The notes under the pieces: generated by a model
Told to the model about the DNA's origin: nothing
Seen by the model: the letters and a program-made list of their open reading frames with translations, nothing else
Databases searched by the model: none
From: Isurus oxyrinchus
Taxonomy: Eukaryota
DNA length: 64,000 nt
Direction of reading: 5' to 3'
Assembly: GCA_026770705.1 (NCBI GenBank)
Contig: JANJGN010000557.1
Coordinates: 124,001 to 188,000 of the forward strand
Program-made: the position numbers and the translations under genes
Part shown: one piece after another, positions 1-12,196 of the stretch
How positions within the stretch are numbered: the first letter of the stretch is position 1
Layout of the letters: each line of letters starts with the position of its first letter

Positions 1-12
1 TTTCCCGATCAT
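1..12 (-). CDS. S0 Siglec-like gene, start of leader exon (gene continues left of the window)
   Basis: ATG at 12-10 gives ATG ATC GGG AAA (MIGK), identical to the complete leader exons at 1740, 31678 and 57081; acceptor ctcctttctctttcag near 55-70. Confidence 0.75.
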
Positions 13-429
13 TGTCCACTCCCAGATATTTCCTCAGCTTCTAACTCTGAAGTTCTGAAAGAGAAAGGAGTTAATGAGACTTCAACTCTTGTCCGACAGC
101 TCTTGAGAGATCAGAACTGCTTTTAGACAATGTCTTCACAGACTAATTTGATTCTCGGTGGGATGATAGATGCTCTGCAGAGAGTTACAAGGTTTTAAGG
201 AAGAAAAACAATGAAGGATTTGCATTTCTATACAACCTTTCACCTCCTCAGGGCATCCCAAAGCTCATGTCACTCCACTTCCCTCGCCCCTTGAGCTAGA
301 AGGATGTTCTGTATGACAGACATGACCCTCACACCCAGATCTCAATAATCATTAGAAATCTTTCAAAGGCATCAATCATTGGAGTCTGTCTTCATAAAGT
401 CACAACATCAACAAAGGACGGTGTTGGTG

Positions 430-605
430 GTGGAAGTGAATTCCAATCGTTCCGTTACTTACCCAGGACCTGTCCGACTGCTCGCCTGGGGAGGAACTGC
501 CCACACGCTCTGCTAAGGCTGAATGACCTCTTCCTGTGCTGATCCATCTGTGTATTTAATTAGAAAGAGCTGATGTGTCACTGTGAGACAAAATGAGGAA
601 GTTGG
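430..605 (-). promoter_or_regulatory. S0 proximal promoter and non-coding exon 1 (copy 1)
   Basis: Donor GTAAGT at 462-457; AT-rich TATA-like ATTAAATA at 560-553; PU.1-like GAGGAAGT at 595-602; Ets-IRF-like GGAAGTGAA at 432-440; same cassette precedes every leader exon. Confidence 0.6.
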
Positions 606-1739
606 AACAAAGTGAGTGAACCGCACTTTGCTGTGCACTGTCAGTAAACCCTGTGTCTGTATAAGAATATAAGAACAGAACAAGTAGGATCAGCTGGACA
701 CCCTGACATTTTCATTCCTTATATGCCAACCACTCATTTTTTTATCCACTCACTGAAACTATTTATCTCCCTCTGCAGCCTCTTTGTGTCCTCCTCACAA
801 CTTGCTTTCCTGCCCAGCTTATATATTTCCTACCTATCTTCACCATACAGTCAGAAAATCTGTCTACAGTACAGTCAGTCCCTTCATCCAAGTCACTAAT
901 GTAGATTGTGAATAGTTGAGGCTTTGAAATATCTGTCTAATTATTCCCACGCTCAGCTCTGCTCTCTCCTCCAAAGCCCTGCAAAATGTCCCCTTCAAGT
1001 ATTTATCCAGTTCCCCTTCTGAAAGTTCCTGTTGAATCTGCTTCCACCGCCCTTTCAGGCAGTGAGTCAATGGTCTCTCTCTGAGCTGCAAAGTGCTCAG
1101 ATTCTGTGAAATTTAAACTCTGCAGCAGATCAGAGACAATCATGATAACTCAGAATATTTGACAGTTCTACACACAGACAGCTTTACCTTCCTTCTCTCT
1201 ATCAGTTATCTTGCTCCCTTATCAAAGTTTCTAGCATGGTGAGAATGGAGAGGAAGTGTGACACTGAACAGCCTGTCTATTCTAGGAGCTGCTGTGTTGT
1301 CTTCATGGGAAATTCTGTCTAATATCAGCAAAAGACACAAATTTCAGGATATTGCCATCAGAATCCTAGCACCTGGATATATTTCATCCCCCAGTTTTTA
1401 TCCCTGACTTTCTGCTCAACCCATTACTCCCCGTCTCTCACTGACCAACACCCGACATCACCTGAAGTTTAAGATTCTGCTCTAGCTGTTACAATCCTGC
1501 CTAATTGGGTAACTGTCTCCAGCCCCTACAACCCTCTCAGATCTCAGCTCTCTTCCAATTCTGCTGTCAGACAGGGAGTCAGTGTATTTCAGTGAGCACA
1601 GGGGTGATGGGTGAATGGGACTTGGTGTGAGTTTGTACACTAGCTCACTGCTGAATCGGTTCCCTATCAGAGCTCAATAAGAATGCTATTTTACAAAGAC
1701 TATTAACCATAAATCTGTCCAAGCTGACGATGATATTAC

Positions 1740-1779
1740 CTTGAAGAAGTGACAGGAGGAAGTAAGATTTCCCGATCAT
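1740..1779 (-). CDS. Second (duplicated) leader exon of S0, MIGKSYFLLSLLQ, phase 1
   Basis: 40 bp, ATG at 1779, donor GTAAT at 1739; no V exon between it and copy 1. Confidence 0.75.
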
Positions 1780-2179
1780 TGTCAACTCCCAGATATTCCA
1801 TTAGCTTCTCACTCTCAAACTCTGAAAGAGAAAGGAGTTAATGAGACCTCACCTCTTGTCCGACAGCTCTCGTGAGATCAGAACTGCTTTTAGACAAGAC
1901 TTACTTGATTCTCCATGGGATGAGAGGTGCTCTGCAGAGAGTTACTAAGCTTTCAGAAAGAAAAACTATGTAGGGTTTGCATTTCTGTAGCACCTATCAC
2001 CACCTCAGTATGTCCCAAATCTCATGACCCTGCACTTCCCTCATCCCTTGAGCTAGAAAGATGTTCTGTACAACTTGAGCCTCACACCCAGATCTCAATA
2101 ATCAGTAGAAATCTTTCAAAGGCATCAATCATTGGAATCTGTCTTTATAAAGTCACAACATCAACAAAGGAAAGTGTTG

Positions 2180-2360
2180 GTGGTGGAAGTGAATTCCAAT
2201 CGTTCCGTTACTTACCCAGGACCTGTCCGACTGCTCGCCTGGGGAGTAACTGCCCACACGCTCTGCTTGGGCTGAATGACCTCTTCCTGTGCTGCTCCCT
2301 CTGTGTATTTAATTAGAAAGGGTGAATGTGTCTCTGTGAGACAAAATGAGGAAGTTGGAA
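2180..2360 (-). promoter_or_regulatory. S0 promoter and non-coding exon 1 (copy 2)
   Basis: Near-identical to 430-605: donor at about 2215, TATA-like at about 2310, GAGGAAGT at about 2348-2355. Confidence 0.6.
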
Positions 2361-2449
2361 CAAAGTGAGTGAACAGCACTTTGCTGTGCACTGTCAGTAA
2401 ACCCTGTGTCTGTATAAGGATATAAGAACAGAACAAGTAGGATCAGCTG

Positions 2450-5380
2450 GACACCCTGACATTTTCATTCCTTATCTTCCATCCACTCATTATTTTATCC
2501 CCTCGCTGAAACTATTTATCTCCCTCTGCAGCCTCTTTGTGTCCTCCTCACAGCTTGCTTTCCTGCTCAGCTTATATATTTCCTACCTATCTTCACCACA
2601 CAGTCAGAAAATCTGCCTACAGTACAGTCAGTCTCTTCATCCAAGTCACTAATGTAGATTGTGAATAGTTGAGGCCTCAGCACTGATCCCTGTGGCTCTC
2701 CACTAGTTACAGTTTACCAAGCTGAAAATCACCCATTTATCCTGGCTCTCTGTTTCCTGTCAGTTAGCCGGTCCTCTATCCATATTAATATATCCCCCCC
2801 AACACCATCCAATTTCACCCTGTGCATTATCCTTTGATGTGGCACCTTATTGAATGCCTTTTGGAAATGCAATGTCATGAAGAGATACTTTTGTGTAACA
2901 TGTGCTTGGAAATTATTTTTTCAAATAGAATTCTAGTGGTGGTCCATGTATAGGTGTGTGTCTGTGTGTGTCTTAATTGGATTAAAGCCAGCTGGTCTGT
3001 GTGCTTTGATGTTCAGTAGTTTTGAGATGTTAATTAGGTGAATTGTGAGGAGAACATTAACGTGTTCATTTGCAATTGTTGAATAAACCATTCCAGACTG
3101 GGGGTAAAATCTTGCACCTAGTTAGAAGGAGCCAAAAGATGTGTCTTTTCTTGAACTTACTAATGAAATTGGTGCTAAGAAAGGGGGTTTTATTGTTCGA
3201 AGAGCTGGAGTTCAGAAGACCGAGTGATACAATGGAAAATTTACATTCAAAGGGAAAGCTAGCTATATAAAGGAAGGAGTTTGTGTGTGTGAGGCAGGAG
3301 CATTTCAGACCTAACCAGCCTGTAGCCTCCAACCAACTTGCAAAGGAACCTCATTCGGAATTCGTAATGTCAAATGTGCTTTGCCTGGTGTCTATATTAT
3401 GTCAATGGTTCATTGTTGCCTTAGTAGAGATTTATGTACGGGTGATTTATTGGGGGATTTGTTAAAATGTTATTATAGTAGTTATTTGTAGCCAATGTGT
3501 ATGTGTTAAATTTGTTGTTAAATTAATAAATGGTTTATTTAGTTTTATATAAAAAAACTCAAAATCCTCGGTGGTCTTATTCCTACTGAATTCAAAGTCT
3601 TCATCTCGAAATTACAATCAGCAAAATTGGGTTATGGCAGTTGTTTCAATTTTCCCTCTGGGATTTGAACAACTCAGCCTTTACCCTTGGCTGTGTCATA
3701 GTCCCTAATACACCACATCTGCAGGTTCCCTTTATCCAATCCACTTGTTACATCCACGAGGAAATCTAATTATTTTTTCAAACATGATATCCCTTTCACA
3801 AACCCATGTTGACTCTGTCTGATTGAATTATGGTTTTCTAAATGTCCTGCTGCTCCCTCCTTCATAATGAATTCTGGTATTTTCCCAATGACAGATATTA
3901 GACTAACTGACCTGTGGTTTCTTGCTTTCTGCCTCCTCCCTTTATTGAGCAGAAATGTTTTATTTATGTTTTTCCAATCTGCTGGGACCTTCCCATAATC
4001 TAAGGAATTCTGGAAGATTACATCCAATGCATCCACCGTCTCTGCAGCCATTTCCTTTCAGACCCTCACATTCAGGCCGTCTGCTCCATGGGACTTGTCA
4101 GCATTTGTCTCATTAGTTTTCTTAATACTTTTTCTCTGGTGATAGTGATTGTTTTATGTTCCTCCCTCCTTGTTGCACCGTGACTTTCTCCTGCTATTGG
4201 GATGGTTTTAGAGATTTTTACTGTGAAGACAGACCCAAAATTCTTGTTGAAAGTCTCTGTCATTTCCTTTTTCCCATTATTAATTCCCCAGTCTGATTTT
4301 CTATGTGTCCCATTATTACTGTAGCTTCTCTCTTATTTTAATGTACAACATCTCACTGTCATTGTTTATGGTTCTTGCTAGTTTACTCTCATATCATCAT
4401 TTCTGCCTCCTTATATTTCTTCCCTCACTTTTCTGGTTTCTCAAATATTCCCAATCTCCAGCCTATCACTAAGCATCCCAACACTGCCGGCTTTATCTCA
4501 CAATTGGATACCGTCCTTAGCTTCCTGAGTTAGCCGCCGATGCTCCATCCTTTTTATAGATTCTTTCTTTCTTACTGGAAAATATCTTCATTGGAATTTA
4601 TGAAACATCTCTTTAGATGCCTGTTACTCCTCATCTACCCACCACACCCCCCCTTTAACCTGCTGTCCCTCTCTACTTGGGCCGACTCTACTTTTAACCC
4701 TTGTAATTGTCTTTAGATAAGTTTATGACACTAGTTTCAGACCCAAGTTTCTAATTTGAATATTAAATTTCAACACGGTATGATTACTCTTCCCTTGAGG
4801 GTCCTTTACAAGGAGATGTTAATTAGTCTTGTCTCATTAAACATTGCCTGGTCTAAAACAGCCTCTTCCCTGGTTGGTTCCATGTTGGATTGTTCTAAAA
4901 TACTGTCCTGAATACAATCTGTATAATCTCGCTGAAAGCTACATTTGCTAATCTGATTTGTCTAATCTATACGACGATTGAAAACTCCCATGATTATTGT
5001 GGTGCCTTTCTCACAGACCTCCTGATGTATTGATTTATAATCTATCCTTGCAGTGTAACTACTGTCAGGGGGGAGTATAAACCAACCCATCAGAGATTTC
5101 TTTCCCTTGCAATTCCTTATGTTCACCCAAACTGACTGTGTATCTTGACATCTGAGCCAAAATCATTTCTCACTACTTTACAGGTCTCATCTTTTATTAA
5201 CAGAGCGACCCCACCTCCTTTTCATTTTTCCTATCCTTTCAAAGATTCCAAATATCCTTCAATTTTCAATTTCCAACCTTGGTCACTTTGCAACCAACTC
5301 TCTGCAGTGTCCATCTTATCGTACCCATTAATCTCTATTTGTGCTATGACTTCATTCATTTGTTCCAACTTTATATTTTA
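2450..5380 (-). mobile_element. Degraded CR1-type LINE ORF2 (RT and endonuclease region), interrupted by an LTR-like insertion
   Basis: ORFs read VIFQNSLDYGKVPADWK...SQHGFVKGISCL and FNKNFGSVFTVK, typical CR1 motifs; many stops. Confidence 0.8.
2873..3700 (+). mobile_element. Solo-LTR-like element inserted in the CR1
   Basis: Starts TGTCATGA, ends ...TGTGTCATA, internal AATAAA; colinear with element 8942-9698. Confidence 0.6.
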
Positions 5381-5384
5381 TATA

Positions 5385-6120
5385 TTCATTCTTCCATGGG
5401 AAGTGGGCATCACTGGCTAGGCCAGCATTTATGGCCCATCCTTAATTACCTTGAGAAGGTGGTGGTGAGCTGCCTTCCGGACCCTCTGCAGTCCATGTGG
5501 TGTAGGTACACCCACAATGCAGTTAGAGAAGGAAGTCCAAGATTTTGACCAAGTGGCAGTGAAGGGACGGCGATATATTTCAAAATCAGGATGATGTGTG
5601 GATTGGAGGCGAACTTCCAGGTGGTGGTGTTCCCCTATGCCTGCTGCCCTTGTCCTTCTCAATGGTAGAGATCGTGGTTTGGAAGGTGCTGTTGAAGGAA
5701 CCTTGCTGAGTTGCTGAAGTTCATGTTGTAGATGGGACACACTGCTGCCACTGTGCATTGACGATGGAGGGAGTGAGTGTTGCTGTGATTGAGGGGGAGC
5801 CAATCAAGCGGGGCTGCTTTGTCCAGGGTGGTGTCAAGCTTCTTGAGTGTTGTTGGAGCTGCACTCATCCAGGCAAGTGGAGAGTATTCCATTCACACTC
5901 CTGCCTTGTGCTATGTTGATGATGGACAGGATTAGAGGAGTCAGGAGGTGAGTTACTCACCACAGGATTCCCAGCCTCTGAGCTGCTCTAACTGTCATAG
6001 CATTTATATGGCAGGTCCAGTTCACTCTCTGGCCTATGGTAACCCCCAGGATGTTGATATTCGGGGATTCAGTGATGGTGCTGCCATTGAATGTCAAGGG
6101 GCTTGGTTAGATTCTCTCTT
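5385..6120 (-). mobile_element. 3' end of a non-LTR retrotransposon (CR1/L2-group), copy 1
   Basis: MEYSPLAWMSAAPTTLKKLD and WxSFSNCIVGVPTPHGLQRVRKAAHHHLLK; homologous to 10050-10505. Confidence 0.7.
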
Positions 6121-7391
6121 GCATGCATTCAGATTAAGAACCTTTCTGTCTTTTCCCCATTTCCCCTACTCTGACCTTATTTGCTGGGACACTGGTTGAT
6201 GCTGGTTTCAGTCTCAGTTTGTCTCAGTTGGTCACACTCTGGTCTCTGTCTCGAGACTGATGTTCCCTCTTGGTAGTGACAGTGATGGGGGTGTTGGGGA
6301 GGTTGTGGATATTGACCCCACTGCTCCCCCTCCCCCACTCCGCCATTCTATCCTGGGAGACCCGCCAGGTTCCTTGTTCCAGCTGCGATGGGCAGCCCTT
6401 CCACACTTTCCTGTGGGCCCCGCCCTTCATGTGTTAAAGCACTAAGTTAGAGCGGGGATGGAGAAATGAACAGGGGGCATGGGATGAGTGTGGGGGTCTC
6501 ACAGCCTGAACTGACCCTGCCCACAACTCTGTGGAGGGGGGGAGGTTTCACCAGCTCTCTGTCTTAACAATATCGTAAACACAGGGTGAAGATTGTCCCC
6601 ATTCCCTGTATTTTAATAATATTGTAAAGACAACTGGGAGATATCCTGCAGTCTCTGAGAAAGAATTTGGTGTGTTTACAGCACCACCACTGGCAGGAGA
6701 GTGTAAGTACAGTGTGACATGTTTACATGGGAAATTTTCATGATAAATGTGGACACAGGAATTTACATAATTTGGTGGGGAAATGCAATGACACGAATTA
6801 ACAGATTGGAGCAGGGAGGTTGTCCTAGAGTAAGATGTTTAATAAAAATATATCTGTACAGAGTTGTCTGGGCATTTCAATCCCTTGTGACAATAAATGT
6901 AATATTATAGAAAATGCAAAAGCTTCTTGTAATCTATAACAGAATAAACAAGTTACAGAATTCAGAAAGCACATTCTGAAATGTTTACAAAGTTCAGTGA
7001 CGTCACATTTCTGCTAATTTCTATTCGGCCATGTTGGCTGCACGCAGTCAGGCAGTCCCTCGGTTGTGATGTGTCCACACAGCAGGACTGGAATGCATCA
7101 GCATCAAGGGACATGCTTAGTTGTTGCTGTGCAATGCATTTATTTCGAGCCTGTTGCACACACGCCCTGTCGAAGGAGCCTCTGTGGTTCCATTCTGAAT
7201 CGAGGCAGGTCCAAGATACTACAATAACTTGCATTAACATAGCGCCTTTAATGTAGCAAACTGTCCCAAAACTCTTCAGTGAATTGTTAACCACATATAA
7301 ATCCATCTCTGAGACACGTAATGAGATATTAGGGACAGGTGACAAAAAGCTGAGTTAACAAAGCCAGTTAATAAGGACCATGTTAAATGAG

Positions 7392-7650
7392 GAGAGAGAG
7401 AGAGAGAGAGATAGACAGAGAAGCAGAGTGAGAGAGACACAGAGAGAGAGAGAGAGAGACAGAGAAGGAGAGAGAGATAGTNNNNNNNNNNNNNNNNNNN
7501 NNNNNNNNNNNNNNNNNNNNNNNNNNNNNNNNNNNNNNNNNNNNNNNNNNNNNNNNNNNNNNNNNNNNNNNNNNNNNNNNNNNNNNNNNNNNNNNNNNNN
7601 NNNNNNNNNNNNNNNNNNNNNNNNNAAGTGAGAGAGAGAGAGAGAGACAC
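7392..7650. repeat. (AG)n microsatellite with N run 7482-7625
   Basis: Directly visible. Confidence 0.95.
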
Positions 7651-7839
7651 TGAATCTCTGTCTCCAATGACTCAGCATCAAGTCATCACTGGGGAAACAT
7701 TTCATTCCAAACCACACCAACCACAGACCCATTCAGTCCCTTCCTCCCTCTCTCCCCCTCTCCCCCAGTGGGTTGTGTCATGTTCCAAGGAATCATAATC
7801 CCTGCCCCCACCTCCTCACCCCCACTCCCCGTTTCACAC

Positions 7840-8088
7840 TCAGTTTCGCTTGAATCTGATCTGTGCGTATTCCGTCTCCTCTTCCCTGTGGACAGACGCA
7901 TCACCACTGGGCACCCTGAAGACTTGGGGATTGGCGTAGAGAAGGTTGTCAGGATTGTCAGGGATTCCATGTCCAGCATCGCCTCCCACTGCACCTTCAG
8001 AGAGACCCCGGGGAGCTGGGGTCTCCCCCTCACTAGTTGTGTCTCTGGTTGTGTTCCGGGGCTCAGTAATCAGCACGTTCTGTTTACC
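7840..8088 (-). CDS. S1 final cytoplasmic exon with ITIM-like LLYANP and distal ITSM-like TEYAQI
   Basis: Acceptor tttctctgtag at 8090-8089; phase 0; 249 bp to TGA at 7842-7840; two-tyrosine layout like CD33-related Siglec tails. Confidence 0.88.
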   Translation of the reverse strand, partial: GKQNVLITEPRNTTRDTTSEGETPAPRGLSEGAVGGDAGHGIPDNPDNLLYANPQVFRVPSGDASVHREEETEYAQIRFKRN

Positions 8089-8236
8089 CTACAGAGAAAT
8101 GGAAACAGACGACATCCTCACATCATTTACTGGCACTGATAGGGTTAAATTATTGTGCAGCCTCGTTAGTGTCAGTCGTGGCTCAGTGGGTTTAACTGTC
8201 CTTCCCATGTCTTATGAAAGAAACCACCTAAGGCAT

Positions 8237-8812
8237 GTGCAGTGCTCCCTCAGTACTGACCCTCCGACAGTGCAGTGCTCCCTCAGTACTGACCCTCCGA
8301 CTGTGCAGCACTCCCTCAGTACTGACCCTCCGACAGTGCAGCACTCCCTCAGTACTGACCCTCCGACTGTGCAGCACTTCCTCAGTACTGACCCTCCGAC
8401 AGTGCAGCGCTCCCTCAGTACTGACTCTCCGGCAGTGCAGCACTCCCTCAGTACTGACCCTCCGACAGTGCAGCACTCCCTCAGTACTGACCCTCCGACA
8501 GTGCAGTGCTCCCTCAGTACTGACCCTCCGACAGTGCAGCACTCCCTCAGTACTGACCCTCCGACAGTGCAGCACTCCCTCAGTACTGACCCTCCGACTG
8601 TGCAGCACTTCCTCAGTACTGACCCTCCGACAGTGCAGCGCTCCCTCAGTACTGACCCTCCGGCAGTGCAGCACTCCCTCAGTACTGACCCTCCGACAGT
8701 GCAGCACTCCCTCAGTACTGACCCTCCGGCAGTGCAGTACTCCCTCAGTACTGACACTCCGGCAGTGCAGCACTCCCTCAGTACTGACCCTCTGTCAGTC
8801 CCGCACTCCCTC
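8237..8812 (+). repeat. 33-bp minisatellite array (about 17 units) in the last intron of S1
   Basis: Unit CAGTACTGACCCTCCGACAGTGCAGCACTCCCT; produces spurious repetitive ORFs. Confidence 0.95.
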
Positions 8813-8941
8813 GGTAATGGCTCTGGCGAGTGACGGCTTGGATTCTGCACACAGGTGCCTGGTGTGAGGCTCAATAATATGAACCTTGTAATCAGAGAGA
8901 GGATTAGAGAGAGAGATAGAGATGAAGGGACAGAGACAGAG

Positions 8942-9698
8942 TGTTATGAATCTATTAATGTATGTAATGTAATTGGAAATTGTCTATTTAGACAGAAGTT
9001 CAGTCTGTGGGTGTGTTTGTGTGTGTTTTAATTGGACTAAAGCCAGCCAGTCTGGGTACTTGGATGTCTAGTAGTCTTCAGATGTAAACAAAGAGGTAAA
9101 GTGGTAATTTGCATTTTTAAATAGAGCATTCAATGTCTGGGGGCGAAATGTTAAACCAATCAACATTTATATTACTAATAAAATTGAGACAATGAAAGGG
9201 GATTTATTGTTAGAAGAGATGGAGTTCAAAGGTCCTGATGATACAATGAGAATTTACATTCAAAGAGAAGCACTGGGTATAACTTGAGCAGTTTTGTGTG
9301 TGCAGAGCAGAGGCTTGTAACATCAAAGCAGCTGTAAGCCTACACCTGTCTGCAAAGGAACCAAAGTGAAAGGAACTTCATTTGGAATTTCTGAGGTGAA
9401 AATGCTTTGCTGGAATCTGCTTGAAGTCTATGTGTTGTCTTAGAGGAGATGAGGTAGAGAATTTGTTAAAAAGTTATGATAATACTAGTTTGTAGCCATG
9501 TGCATATGTTTAACTTGTGTAAATTAATAAATGTCTCATGTAGTTTGATATAAACCCATCTCGAGAACTGGTGGTCTTATTCCTGAATTTAGAGCTGCAT
9601 CTCAAACATTCCACTGGGAAATATAGGTTATGACAGTTGTTTAAAGTTTCCCTCTGGGATTTTAAACAACAGCCTTTACCAGTTGCTGTGTCATAACA
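8942..9698 (+). mobile_element. Solo LTR (Gypsy-like)
   Basis: Perfect 8-bp terminal inverted repeats TGTTATGA...TCATAACA; TATA-like and AATAAA inside. Confidence 0.7.
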
Positions 9699-9833
9699 GA
9701 GAGACAGCGTGATACTGAACCATTGCTGACTCCACAGGTACAAATCAGTGGATAACTGGGCTGGGAATCTGGGACACGTGTTGTCTACACACTGAGATTG
9801 AAGCTTTGGAGTGAGTGTAAACAGCTCCTGTAC

Positions 9834-9915
9834 CTGGTGATTCACAGAGAGTGGACTGGGGGTCAATGCAATATCACTGGTCCCTGAAACTCTCTCCTCC
9901 ATCGCTGTCTTTCTC
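9834..9915 (-). CDS. S1 first cytoplasmic exon (K)RKTAMEERVSGTSDIALTPSPLSVNHQ
   Basis: Acceptor ttatttcag, donor GTACAG; 82 bp, phase 2 to phase 0, fits both neighbouring exons. Confidence 0.82.
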
Positions 9916-10049
9916 CTGAAATAACACAATATCACACTGTGGTTATCATATAGCAGAGAGTCAGTGCAGCACAGACACAGAGCCCACTGTAACCTTACAC
10001 CAACGACTGGACTGTCTCTTTAAATCACTTCTGCACAAAGCACAGAATT

Positions 10050-10505
10050 AAGAAGCTCGACACCATCCAGGACAAAGCAGTCCGATTGATCAACACCCCA
10101 TCCACCACATTAAACATTCACTCCCTCCACCATGAACACACAGTGGCAGCAGTGTGTGTACCATCTACAAGATGCACTGCAGCAACTCAGCAAGGCTCCT
10201 TCAACAGCACCTTCCAAACGCGCGACCTCTACCATCTAGAAGGACAAGGGCAGCAGACACATGGGAACACCACCACCTGGAAGTTCCCCTCCAAGTCACT
10301 CACCATCCTGACTTGGAAATATATCACCATTCCTTCACTGTCGCTGGGTTAACATCCTGGAACTCCCTCTCTAACAGCACTGTGGGTGTACCTACACCAC
10401 ATGGACTGCAGCGGGTCAAGAAGGCAGCTCACCCCCACCTTCTCAAGGGGCAATTAGAGATGGGCAATTAATAGCGGCCTCACCAGTGACAGCCACATTC
10501 GATGT
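10050..10505 (+). mobile_element. 3' end of non-LTR retrotransposon, copy 2
   Basis: SWNSLSNSTVGVPTPHGLQRVKKAAHPHLLKGQL; homologous to 5385-6120. Confidence 0.7.
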
Positions 10506-11022
10506 AGGGATTTAAAATCTCGCAGCTTAGGAAGAAGCCACTCAGCCCATCGTGCCTGTGCTGGCCCTTTGTATAAACTGTCCAGTTAGTCCCACTACCC
10601 AGACTGTTCAATCCTTGTGATGGTTATAACCTCTCAGTTCTGATATCATCCCTGTGAATCTAAATCAGAGAGAGGCAGATACAACGTGGGAATGTACAGT
10701 TACTTATTCAAGTCCCTGGAACATTGCAAAGCCGTTCCCGGTGAATGAACCAATCATCGGGGTGTGGTCACTCCGCTTGTGTGGAATCACAAGGTGACCT
10801 GATACAATCCAGGAGTAATCGTGCAGAGTGAGGAATCTCTGGGTCTCGTGATCATTTACCTGGATACAGGACAATGAAAGGTTCTCTCCGGATCATAGTG
10901 GACACAGGGATCACTTACAGAGAGGGACCTGGTGCTGATCCCAAGGGAAACAATCACCGACTTAAGGAAAGAGCATTGAAGCAAATGTTTATATTAAAAT
11001 CAAGTTAAATCTTCAGACTTAC

Positions 11023-11119
11023 TTTCTCACACAGATGAAGATGAAGATTCCAGCCAGGAAAACACTCAACATGATCCCAGCCGTGAACAATCCTACTGTC
11101 CATTTACTGGAGTCTCTAC
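11023..11119 (-). CDS. S1 transmembrane exon (G)RDSSKWTVGLFTAGIMLSVFLAGIFIFICVRK, uncharged TM
   Basis: Acceptor tttttacag at 11121-11120, donor GTAAGT at 11022; 97 bp, phase 1 to phase 2; about 24 hydrophobic residues followed by RK stop-transfer; too short for the ORF track. Confidence 0.88.
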
Positions 11120-12196
11120 CTGTAAAAACAGCCATTAATTACTGCACTACAGGTTTACAATGATGCTCCGATGTATCTCGAGAAGCGATACACTCACTCA
11201 ATGTTTAAATACTCATTCTCGGGCAATGCTGACATTTATTGTCCATCCCTAGTTTCCCCTTGAGAAGGTGGTGGGGGGTCTTCCTCCTGAACCACTGGTT
11301 TGTCCCAAACTGGGAGACCAGTTCAGAGGGCAGGTAAGAGTTAACCATGTTGGTGTTACAGACTGGAGTCACTTATACACCCAGACCTGTTAAAATGGAC
11401 AGGTTTTCCTCACTAAATGGACATTAGTGACCCACCCTATACATGTGATCTCTATATACGTATCAACCAACCTCACTAAAATAATCCATTATCAGATCAC
11501 TGTCACCTTGTGTGGGATCTTGCTGTGCACATTTTGGTGCCGTATTTCCTACATTACAACATGACATTGCTTCAAATATATCTCATTGACTGTAAAGTGT
11601 TTTGGGACAATCTGATCATTCAATAAATACAGGTCACCCTTTTCAATGTAACAGTTATTGATAATTTTATCAATGAAATATTTGGTTATTAATCAAACTC
11701 CAATTTCTGCCTGTTCACTGTTGACTAAAACCTGTCTAGACCCTGAGTCAGCTGAGGTGATGTTAGGGACAGATGACCTTGTGAAGGGGACATAAGGAGC
11801 CTACAAAGTGACACAGAGTTTTAAGTGAATGGGCAAAATCTGGCAAATAGTGTATAACGTGGGAAAAGATGAAATTGTCCATTTTGACAGGGAGAATAAG
11901 GTGAAGCTTGATAGGTTCTTGATTCACAAAGGGGTGAAAGGTCATCAAGGGTGAGCAGGGAATGTGGGGTTGAGGTTACAATCAGATCATCCATGACCTT
12001 ATGGCAAGGTGGAACAGGCTCGAGGGGCTGAGTGGCCTCCTGCTGCTCCTCATTCCTGTGTTCGTATGTTTGTTTCACCAAAAGCTTTGTCAAAGAGATC
12101 GGTTTTAAAGAGAGTCCAAACTGAATGTTTCAACACAGCCCAAAAACCAGGACAGTGATCCAGAGTGATCCAGTGCGGAACTGAGAGATCAGGAAC

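Noticed and set aside
6224-6445. GC-rich patch with short ORFs on both strands
   Set aside because: No recognisable domain, paralog or convincing splice pair
8237-8812. CRISPR-like regular repeats
   Set aside because: Head-to-tail units with no unique spacers, no cas genes, vertebrate context
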